Shown in pieces: positions 49,181-57,551 of a stretch of 64,000 nt of DNA (position 1 is the first letter of the stretch; every line of letters starts with the position of its first letter). Below the pieces are notes generated by a model, which worked only from the letters and a program-made list of their open reading frames with translations, was not told the origin of the DNA and searched no databases. Made by a program: the position numbers and the translations under genes. The stretch covers positions 124,001-188,000 of IMG/VR virus record IMGVR_UViG_3300001460_000004. One strand, written 5' to 3'.

Positions 49181-49744
49181 ATGGATATTGATATTGACTT
49201 TGCAGATCGTAAACATGTTTTAGATAGTCTAAAACATGTGCCAGCAAGAATGGACACTGTAAAAGGAGTGCGTAATCACAATAGTGGTGTGTACTTTACT
49301 GAAATTCCATATGATAGTAAACATCAATGTGCTAGTATTGATTATGAAACTGCCGAAGAACGTGGGTATTTTAAAATTGATTTTTTAAATATGCATGTAT
49401 ACAATTTAATTAAAGATACTAATCATTACACAGCAATGCAAAACGCACAAGTACCGTGGGAACGATTATGGGAAGATGTTGAATTTGCTCAACTGTTGGT
49501 TCATGTTGGTAATCATACCAACTTGTTGCAATCAATGCGTCCGGACAGTATAACTAGAATGGCTGCATTTATAAGTGTAATACGCCCTGGTAAAGCACAT
49601 TTACAAAATAAACCCTGGGATCAAGTCTTTGACAGTGTATTTGACGGTGACAACAGCAAAGGGTTTATCTTTAAAAAGAGTCATGCAATCAGTTATGCAG
49701 CTTTGGTAGCATTGCATATGAATTTAATCCACTTTGCGGACTAG
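49181..49744 (+). CDS. Miniature DnaE-like (family C DNA polymerase) catalytic core
   Basis: DIDID, HNSGVY, KIDFL, IRPG, FKKSHAISY in the same order as the DnaE palm/fingers motifs. Confidence 0.8.
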   Translation: MDIDIDFADRKHVLDSLKHVPARMDTVKGVRNHNSGVYFTEIPYDSKHQCASIDYETAEERGYFKIDFLNMHVYNLIKDTNHYTAMQNAQVPWERLWEDVEFAQLLVHVGNHTNLLQSMRPDSITRMAAFISVIRPGKAHLQNKPWDQVFDSVFDGDNSKGFIFKKSHAISYAALVALHMNLIHFAD

Positions 49745-50101
49745 CATAATACTACGGCGCCTACCTTTGTTACGTTGTATATTCTTTAAACTACACACAG
49801 GACCATGAATTATTTGTAGATGTTTGTTGCTAAAAGTTTTTAAACAAAACTTAAATGGTTCCCAATCCTTCTTTAAAAACAAGTTTATTGGTATACTTCG
49901 ATTGCTCTCCCACCACCATTGATGTGCTAATTCTAAGTATTCTTCCTTGAGTCCTCTTTCGATTACATCACCAAAGTCATATATGCTTGTTAGCGTATCG
50001 CCTCGATTTTGTATTACGCCTATGTGTTCATTTCCCACATAGTCGACAAGGCTCAAGAAGGGGTAATTTTGGTTTAGTTTGTTAAAGACATTGTTTACCA
50101 T
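49724..50101 (-). CDS. Hypothetical protein
   Basis: 125-aa ORF (YPFLS...WWWESNRSIPINLF). Confidence 0.7.
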   Translation of the reverse strand: MVNNVFNKLNQNYPFLSLVDYVGNEHIGVIQNRGDTLTSIYDFGDVIERGLKEEYLELAHQWWWESNRSIPINLFLKKDWEPFKFCLKTFSNKHLQIIHGPVCSLKNIQRNKGRRRSIMLVRKVD

Positions 50102-50123
50102 AAATATTATAAGGAGTTCCTAG

Positions 50124-50903
50124 ATGTATGCAGCTACAGTATATTTATACCAACAAATTCAGAAGGTCTTACTTGTGGACAACTCTGATGGAAGTTACTT
50201 TGACCGGAGGTGGAGTGAAGTGTATTCAAAAAAATTAAAATTAAATTTAGGAGTCGATAATGTTATTTTGTTTGCATTTGAAAATCAAGATCAAAAACCA
50301 GTAAACATTTCAGGCAGTACATTCACATTTCGTCTCATAAGCCAAAATGGTGAACAGTTACTATTAGCCAAAGAGTTAGTTAGTCTCAATAATGCCAAAG
50401 GACGTGCTAAAGTTACCATTACCAGTGCTGACATAAACACATTATTTGAGCAACCTGCTAGTTGGAGTATTGAGCAAGCAAGTGGTAATCTTGAAACCGC
50501 AGTATTAGTAGATGCATACAGTGGTGCTCGCGGAGACATTGAAGTTAATAACAGTGTGTATCCTGCATTTGTGCCCAGCAAAACATTAACTATTCCTGCA
50601 CAAGCGCCAGACAGTACAATTTATTATACTAGCACAGTAACAACAGAAGGTGTAGACCAAACAACATTTGTAGTAACTCCTAATGGATTCACAGGAGAGA
50701 TAAGAGTTAATGGTGCAGTTGATACTAGCGGTGATTGGTATGATATTACTTTTGTAGACTTTTCAACACAAGCAACTGTTGACGAAGTGCAACTTGTCAA
50801 TAGCAGTGATTTAATTGGACTCAACGTCCCAGGATATCATCCCTATTTGCGTTTAGAATTTGTTATAAGTGCAGGAAGCATTAGCAACATACTTTATCGA
50901 TAA
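50124..50903 (+). CDS. Putative structural beta-sandwich protein
   Basis: TAAATA and AGGAG upstream; NQDQKPVNISG..F.F Ig-like pattern. Confidence 0.6.
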   Translation: MYAATVYLYQQIQKVLLVDNSDGSYFDRRWSEVYSKKLKLNLGVDNVILFAFENQDQKPVNISGSTFTFRLISQNGEQLLLAKELVSLNNAKGRAKVTITSADINTLFEQPASWSIEQASGNLETAVLVDAYSGARGDIEVNNSVYPAFVPSKTLTIPAQAPDSTIYYTSTVTTEGVDQTTFVVTPNGFTGEIRVNGAVDTSGDWYDITFVDFSTQATVDEVQLVNSSDLIGLNVPGYHPYLRLEFVISAGSISNILYR

Positions 50904-51607
50904 TGAAAAAAATTGTAAGTTTTGGAGATAGCTATGTTTGGGGCGATGAATTAATTGATCCTAAATTAGCAACACAACCTGATGCACATCCAGTGTTGAT
51001 TGAAAATACCAAATACAGAGAACAAAACTGTTATACGGGTTTGTTGGCCAACAGCTATGGTATTCCATACGAAAACTTTGGAATACCAGGTGGAAGTTTA
51101 CAAAGCACAGTTTGGACATATCTTTGGTGGCTTGATAATGAAAAACTACCCATTGAAGATTGTTTAGTTCTAGTTGGACTTACTGAACCTGGTAGGCACA
51201 GTTTTTATAATCCAAAGCATCGTGTGTATCCAAATGATACAGATTGGAATCGTTTTGTACACAGTAGCTGGATACATAGTAACAATAGCAGTGACAATGA
51301 ACAGTGGCATGAACTTGTTAAGTTACACACAGTATTGACAGATTGTCAAGCGTTAAGAGATCTAACACTACATACCACTCAATTGTTTTTTGAAAACACA
51401 CAACATTCACATCCTGTGGTACAATTTTTTACATTGAATCACACAGCTACTAAACCATACTCCACATTGTGGAATTCTACACAAAGCCTACGTGACTTAA
51501 CCCTGTCACCAAAATTACAAAAACCAAATGGTCATCCCAACGAAATTGGACATAAAATTATAAAAGAAGTCTTGCAAGAATACATATACCGTGCTATACT
51601 AAGTTAA
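50903..51607 (+). CDS. SGNH/GDSL-like protein
   Basis: FGDSYVWG, NFGIPGGS, GHPNEIGH. Confidence 0.7.
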   Translation: MKKIVSFGDSYVWGDELIDPKLATQPDAHPVLIENTKYREQNCYTGLLANSYGIPYENFGIPGGSLQSTVWTYLWWLDNEKLPIEDCLVLVGLTEPGRHSFYNPKHRVYPNDTDWNRFVHSSWIHSNNSSDNEQWHELVKLHTVLTDCQALRDLTLHTTQLFFENTQHSHPVVQFFTLNHTATKPYSTLWNSTQSLRDLTLSPKLQKPNGHPNEIGHKIIKEVLQEYIYRAILS

Positions 51608-52560
51608 TGTTAAATGCAATTGAATTATTTCCAACTGGTAAACAAACCAGTAGTGGCTGGTACAGCTACAATGCTCCTTGTTGTGTACACAATGGAGAAA
51701 ATGCCGATCGACGCAAGCGTGGTGGACTAAAGCCACGTGACAATGGTTGGAGTTATCATTGTTTTAATTGTGGATATACTGCTAGTTTTACAATTGGTAG
51801 ACAAGTAAGTTTTAAAGCAAGACGCTTACTGTCCTGGTTTGGTGTTGATAGTTCTGATATTGATAGATTAAATTTAGAAAGTCTACGCCAACGCAGTTTA
51901 TTGGATGCAATTGATCAACAACCCAAACGTAAAATAACATTTGATTTTGCAGAAAAACAATTGCCAGATGGGTGCTCTAACCCAACAGAACAAACAAATG
52001 AATACATAATTAATCGTGGCATACATCAAGTGGGTTTTCCTTTTTTAAGTTATAAAAGAGGACCAAGACTTGGTATTGTAACTCCGTTTACGTACAACGA
52101 CACGATAGTAGGAAGTAGTATACGTTTCCTAGATGATCGTATACCTAAGTATATTAACGATAAACCACAAGGATATGTTTTTGGTATAGATTTGCAACGT
52201 AATAACTGGGAACATGTATTTGTAGTTGAAGGTGTATTTGATGCGTTGTCAATACAAGGTGTTGCTGTGTTACATGACGATGTAAATGATGCACAAGCTG
52301 AACTCATCAACAATTTAAGACGTAGTGTAACAGTAATACCTGACCAAGACAACGCAGGTGTAAAACTAATAGACCGTGCAGTTGAACTAGGTTGGGCTGT
52401 AAGTATACCAAAGTGGCCCAACAACGATATCAAAGACGTAAATGACGCAGTTGTAAAATATGGAATGACAGCAACAATGATTTTTATAATGCAAGCACGT
52501 AATACAAGTAAAATTAAAATTGAATTAGCAAAAAAAGCATTGGTTAGGAAGTTAAAATGA
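51607..52560 (+). CDS. DNA primase (zinc finger + TOPRIM; gp61-like)
   Basis: PCC...YHCFNC, PKY, VEGVFDA, PDQD, KDVND. Confidence 0.9.
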   Translation: MLNAIELFPTGKQTSSGWYSYNAPCCVHNGENADRRKRGGLKPRDNGWSYHCFNCGYTASFTIGRQVSFKARRLLSWFGVDSSDIDRLNLESLRQRSLLDAIDQQPKRKITFDFAEKQLPDGCSNPTEQTNEYIINRGIHQVGFPFLSYKRGPRLGIVTPFTYNDTIVGSSIRFLDDRIPKYINDKPQGYVFGIDLQRNNWEHVFVVEGVFDALSIQGVAVLHDDVNDAQAELINNLRRSVTVIPDQDNAGVKLIDRAVELGWAVSIPKWPNNDIKDVNDAVVKYGMTATMIFIMQARNTSKIKIELAKKALVRKLK

Positions 52561-52588
52561 TAAACAACTGTACGCAGGAGAACACTTA

Positions 52589-53977
52589 ATGCTTAAAGAA
52601 TACAATCTCGATGTACAGAAATTGTTTTTAGAAATGATGTTAGAAGATGCACAAAGTTATGTGCGTATTCAAAACATATTCAATCCAGAAAACTTTGATC
52701 GAAGCTTGATCGAAGTAGCTAAGTTCATTAAAGATCATTGTGATGATTACAAAACAATGCCAGAGATAGCTCAGATAAACTCCAGCACTGGCGTGACACT
52801 AAGTCCAGTACCTGATCTCAACAGTGGACACTTTGAATGGTTTATGACCGAGTTTGAAAACTTTACTAAAAGACAAGAACTTGAACGAGCAATACTAAAA
52901 GCTGCAGACTTATTAGAAAAAGGTACGTATGAGCCAGTTGAAAAACTTATCAAAGATGCAGTACAAATAAGTTTGACACGTGATTTAGGAATAAATTATT
53001 TTGATGATCCACGTGCCAGGCTAACTGCTTTAAAAAACAACAATGGTCAAAACAGCACAGGCTGGAAAGCACTTGATAAAATGTTGTATGGTGGGTTTAA
53101 CAGAGGCGAACTACAAATATTTGCAGGCGGATCGGGCTCGGGCAAGAGTTTGGTTATGCAAAATTTAGCAGTTAACTGGATACAAGCAGGACTCAATGGT
53201 GTGTACATTACACTAGAATTAAGTGAAGGCTTAACTGCAATGCGTGTTGATAGCATGTTAACGGGCACCAGTAGCAAAGACATTTTTCGAGAGTTAGATA
53301 ATGTTGAAATGAAAATTAAAATGGCTGGCAAAGCAAGTGGGCAACTACAAGTCAAGTACATGCCAGCACAAAGCAATGTAAATGACATTAGGGCGTATTT
53401 AAAAGAATTAGAAATACAAAGTGGTTACAAAACAGACTTTTTGTTAGTTGACTATCTAGACTTATTGATGCCGGTTAGTGCAAAAGTTAGCCCAAATGAT
53501 CAATTTATTAAAGACAAGTATGTAAGCGAAGAACTACGCAATTTAGCAAAAGAGTTAAATGTATTGTTTGTAACAGCATCGCAATTAAATCGTAGTGCAG
53601 TTGAAGAAATTGAATTCGACCACAGTCATATTGCTGGTGGTATTAGTAAAATTAATACAGCAGATAATGTGTTTGGTATATTTACTAGCAGGGCAATGCG
53701 TGAACGTGGGCGATATCAGATACAAGCAATGAAAACACGTAGTAGTAGTGGAGTTGGACAAAAAATTGATTTAGATTTTGATATAGCTAGTTTAAGAATT
53801 ATGGATTGCGATGAAGATGCACAGCAAAGCAGTAGCGGGCATGGTAACATATACGAAAGCATTAAAGCAACAACAAATGTTAACGACACAAGTAGTCCAG
53901 TTACCGAAACTCGAAAAGTTGAAGCAGATGTGCAAAGTAGTAAACTTAAAGGCTTGCTAGCATCAATGAAATCATGA
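52589..53977 (+). CDS. Replicative DnaB-like helicase (gp41-like)
   Basis: GGSGSGKS, TLEL, VDYLDL, TASQLNR, TADNV, KTR. Confidence 0.92.
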   Translation: MLKEYNLDVQKLFLEMMLEDAQSYVRIQNIFNPENFDRSLIEVAKFIKDHCDDYKTMPEIAQINSSTGVTLSPVPDLNSGHFEWFMTEFENFTKRQELERAILKAADLLEKGTYEPVEKLIKDAVQISLTRDLGINYFDDPRARLTALKNNNGQNSTGWKALDKMLYGGFNRGELQIFAGGSGSGKSLVMQNLAVNWIQAGLNGVYITLELSEGLTAMRVDSMLTGTSSKDIFRELDNVEMKIKMAGKASGQLQVKYMPAQSNVNDIRAYLKELEIQSGYKTDFLLVDYLDLLMPVSAKVSPNDQFIKDKYVSEELRNLAKELNVLFVTASQLNRSAVEEIEFDHSHIAGGISKINTADNVFGIFTSRAMRERGRYQIQAMKTRSSSGVGQKIDLDFDIASLRIMDCDEDAQQSSSGHGNIYESIKATTNVNDTSSPVTETRKVEADVQSSKLKGLLASMKS

Positions 53978-54831
53978 TATTACCTAAGTTAGTTATTCCC
54001 AGTAGAATTAATCAACATTGGATAGAGAGTGGAATGGACTCGTACGATCTCTGTGTTGACAAAAAACATTTTAAAAAATACCCACACACTGTAAAATATT
54101 ATTACAACAGCCGTGGTTTTCGTGACCGTGAATGGCCTAACTCAGTAGATGATTGCATATGGTGTGTTGGTGATAGTTTTACAGTAGGGTTAGGGGTACC
54201 ACATGAACACAGCTGGAGTTATATACTAGGGGAACGTTTGAATAAACGCACAATAAATGTTAGCATGGATGGTGCTAGCAACACATGGATACGCAGGCAA
54301 GCTGTACAAATACTAGAACTACAACCCAAGTTACTAATACTACAATGGAGTTACATCACTAGACGAGAAGCAACTATGGATCAATTGTGGCAAAAGTTCT
54401 ACGATAGTGTGAGAGATCCAAGTTGGCCAGAATGTAAAACCTATGCACAAATTTCAGAGTTACCCGAGTGGATAAGAACTGAACTTGAAACAGTGCATAA
54501 CTGTAGCAATGTTATGGAAAACATCGACGATACTAATAAGCGTCTACGTTATACTCATACCAGCGACGAACAAGACAAAGAACATTTATACGATCAAATT
54601 ACACAAGTTGAAAGTGCAGTAGATTCAACTTTATTAATACATAGTTTTGTGCCTCATTTTAGTCCAAATGGATATGCTGTTCCCATTCCTAAAAGTATAC
54701 AACCAAGACATATACCTGAAATAACTAAATTAGATCTTGCTCGGGACGGTCATCACTATGATCGGTTAACTGCTGAACATTTTGTTGATCAGTTGGAGAA
54801 TTTAATAACTGAGAACAGTGCCATTTCCTAA
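53974..54831 (+). CDS. SGNH-like protein with an inserted DPxWP module
   Basis: YNSRGFRD, VGDSFTVG, NVSMDGASN, RDGHH; FYDSVRDPSWPEC insertion. Confidence 0.7.
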   Translation: MILPKLVIPSRINQHWIESGMDSYDLCVDKKHFKKYPHTVKYYYNSRGFRDREWPNSVDDCIWCVGDSFTVGLGVPHEHSWSYILGERLNKRTINVSMDGASNTWIRRQAVQILELQPKLLILQWSYITRREATMDQLWQKFYDSVRDPSWPECKTYAQISELPEWIRTELETVHNCSNVMENIDDTNKRLRYTHTSDEQDKEHLYDQITQVESAVDSTLLIHSFVPHFSPNGYAVPIPKSIQPRHIPEITKLDLARDGHHYDRLTAEHFVDQLENLITENSAIS

Positions 54832-55936
54832 GTTCTTCGGATTCTTTTACAGCACTATCATCGCTGTTGTATGGCTTACCTATCCCGTTTTCTGCAACCC
54901 ATTCGTTATACCAACCAGCAACTTCATCAAAGTTTTTAATCATTAATTTTTTTTCAGCCATAGTTTGTAATTTTATAGGCATTCCGGTTACTAATGCACC
55001 ACGATCGGTTAGCTCTTTGATTGCTAGAAAACTTTTGGTGTATGCTTTGCTATTGTTTAACAAGTACTGTTGATCAGTATTGCTTAAACTTTGAATAATA
55101 CCATTACGAGTGCTAGTATCATCTGGCACACTTAATTGAAAGTTTGGTTTGTTACTTTTATCTTCTAACAGCAATGTTGGTTCTACTTGTTTACTAAGTC
55201 CACTTATATCTCCCAGCAAGTAATGACATCGATTCCAGTCTTCAAATTCAATGCCAAATATATCATTCCAGTTACGTTTTTCTTGATGATTAAAGCAAGG
55301 TAATTCTAAACAAAATTCTTCAGCTCGAGGCATGTCTTGCTCGTAAACAAAGTAACTACCAACAGTAAAATATTGATCTACCCACTCTAAGTATTTTGCA
55401 TAGTCTTGAAGATATTTTATTAAACTCATGCGAGGAACTTTAATTTTTATACTGTAAAGGTCTTCGTAGTAATCTGCTTTATCTAATGGGTTGTAAACAT
55501 TAAGTTTGTCACTGCGGGTTACAATAACCCAACTTAGTGCATGTTCAAACAAATTTTCTCTTTGGGCACTAATAATATAAAAATGTTCATTTAGATATTT
55601 GTAAAATTCAACTTGTTGTGCAATTGGGTCATTGCGATTGCGAATATGATATTGTGCTAATCTGCTAGTTTTATAATGATCTACACTGCTTAGTAAATCT
55701 GTTATTTCGCTAAGTGTTTGATGATATCCTCTAGGTTGGTCAATTCTTTCTGGCTTTCCAAGAATTTCACTATTGTATTCTGGGCTAAAGTATCGTATAA
55801 TACCATTAGTAAGTTCGTGTAAGTTTATTACTGGACGATCGTATTTGTGTGCATTCATTAAAATAGTCAGTAATCTTTGCAAAAAAGTACTGCCAACTCG
55901 ATCTGGAGTTAATATTAATACATTGTTATGGTTCAT
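54725..55936 (-). CDS. Sulfotransferase-like (Stf0-like) protein
   Basis: LTPDRVGSTFL, LHE, RENLFEHALS, YE. Confidence 0.55.
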   Translation of the reverse strand: MNHNNVLILTPDRVGSTFLQRLLTILMNAHKYDRPVINLHELTNGIIRYFSPEYNSEILGKPERIDQPRGYHQTLSEITDLLSSVDHYKTSRLAQYHIRNRNDPIAQQVEFYKYLNEHFYIISAQRENLFEHALSWVIVTRSDKLNVYNPLDKADYYEDLYSIKIKVPRMSLIKYLQDYAKYLEWVDQYFTVGSYFVYEQDMPRAEEFCLELPCFNHQEKRNWNDIFGIEFEDWNRCHYLLGDISGLSKQVEPTLLLEDKSNKPNFQLSVPDDTSTRNGIIQSLSNTDQQYLLNNSKAYTKSFLAIKELTDRGALVTGMPIKLQTMAEKKLMIKNFDEVAGWYNEWVAENGIGKPYNSDDSAVKESEELRKWHCSQLLNSPTDQQNVQQLTDHSDDRPEQDLI

Positions 55937-55986
55937 GATAATATTTATAACTACCCTAACTGCCCCAGGCTATAAGTAACACTGCA

Positions 55987-57249
55987 ATGAGCAAACTATT
56001 CCCTGGAAAAGAAATATTCCCTGTTAACTCGCCAACTGCTTGTATGTTAAAATGGAGTTGGAGTACAATAAACCTGCAGGATGCATACACTAGTAGTTGT
56101 CACCGGGTAGAAGGTGAATATTTTGATATTGAACAATTTGATAATTTTCATAACTTACCTGAGAAAATCCTTGCAAGAGAAAAAATGCAACAAGGTATTT
56201 GGCCAGGCAAAGGATGCGAGTATTGCGAACGTGTTGAATGTGCCGGCGGCATCAGTGACAGGACAATGACACTAGAAAGGCAACACACCCGAGATAAAAT
56301 ACCACCTGAGTTGCATGACAACCCCAATGCCACACATGTAACACCTACAATACTCGAAGTGTACTTTAATAATACGTGTAATATGAGTTGTGTGTATTGT
56401 GCACCAAGTGTAAGTAGTCAAATAAATGCAGAAGTTACAAAGAATGGTGGTTTCAGTGTAGGTAACATGCATGTTGAACCTTTTGTTACTAACAACACAA
56501 GGCAAAAACTATTAGTAGAAAAACTTTGGAAGTATCTAAGTACTAACAATCGATATCAACACATACGGCACTTTAATATATTGGGTGGTGAACCATTATT
56601 ACAACAAGAGTTTGATCAGTGCATACAATTTTGGAATGACCATCCCAATCCTAGTTTAACTATTAATTTAGTGAGCAATTTAAACTTTGATCCTAAATTT
56701 TTTAAAAACAGAATAAACCAACTGCGCCAGTTAGTTGATGAATATAAAATATTTCAAGTTGAAATTACTGCAAGTTTAGATTGTTTAGGACCAGAGCAAG
56801 AATATGTTCGCCGTGGACTAAAACTACAAGACTATTGGGTACCAAACTTTGAATTTTTATTACAACAAGATTGGATCAAACCCAGTGTACACAGTTGTAT
56901 AAGTAGTCTCACAATTAAAACATTTGATCAATTAGTCAACAAACTTAACAGTTGGAACCACCAATACAATACTACAATAGATCATTCGTTTGATGTAGTA
57001 GTGGGGAAAAGTTGGCAAGAAATTGCTATGCATCCTATGTTTTTTGGACCTGGCGTATTTGACGAAGATTTTGATCGAATAATTCAAGCTATGCCACAAG
57101 GACACAGTCGACAACACATGCAAGGAATTGCTGATAGTATTCAAGCCGCCCAACGTGATGAAGTTAAAATAAACCAGTTAAAACAGTATTTACGGATACT
57201 AGACACTAGAAGAAATACAGATTATACAGAATTATTTCCTTGGCTTTAG
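55987..57249 (+). CDS. Radical SAM protein with N-terminal twitch/SPASM-like Cys cluster
   Basis: CMLKW...SCH...GCEYC; CNMSCVYC; GGEP; SLD..QEYVR. Confidence 0.9.
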   Translation: MSKLFPGKEIFPVNSPTACMLKWSWSTINLQDAYTSSCHRVEGEYFDIEQFDNFHNLPEKILAREKMQQGIWPGKGCEYCERVECAGGISDRTMTLERQHTRDKIPPELHDNPNATHVTPTILEVYFNNTCNMSCVYCAPSVSSQINAEVTKNGGFSVGNMHVEPFVTNNTRQKLLVEKLWKYLSTNNRYQHIRHFNILGGEPLLQQEFDQCIQFWNDHPNPSLTINLVSNLNFDPKFFKNRINQLRQLVDEYKIFQVEITASLDCLGPEQEYVRRGLKLQDYWVPNFEFLLQQDWIKPSVHSCISSLTIKTFDQLVNKLNSWNHQYNTTIDHSFDVVVGKSWQEIAMHPMFFGPGVFDEDFDRIIQAMPQGHSRQHMQGIADSIQAAQRDEVKINQLKQYLRILDTRRNTDYTELFPWL

Positions 57250-57293
57250 AAGTCATATTACAATAAATACATTTAGACAAAAGAGGTAGTGAC

Positions 57294-57551
57294 ATGCAGA
57301 GAAAGACTAAAAGCATACTTGAAGAATTAGATAGTATCTATAAAGATAAGTATGCCAATATTGACCGCCAACAAACTATTAACAATAGGGCAAATCATGT
57401 TATTGCTAGTGCAATTCGTCTTTTAGAAGATTTTGAAACTCATTATAATGATGAAGATGCTCAAAAATTGCAACGCAAATTGCTCAATGCTATTCGGACC
57501 AAAGAACAAACTAAATTTACAAACACAATGAGACGAGTAAATGTCAAGTAA
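57294..57551 (+). CDS. Small helical hypothetical late protein
   Basis: TAAATA and GAGG upstream. Confidence 0.7.
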   Translation: MQRKTKSILEELDSIYKDKYANIDRQQTINNRANHVIASAIRLLEDFETHYNDEDAQKLQRKLLNAIRTKEQTKFTNTMRRVNVK

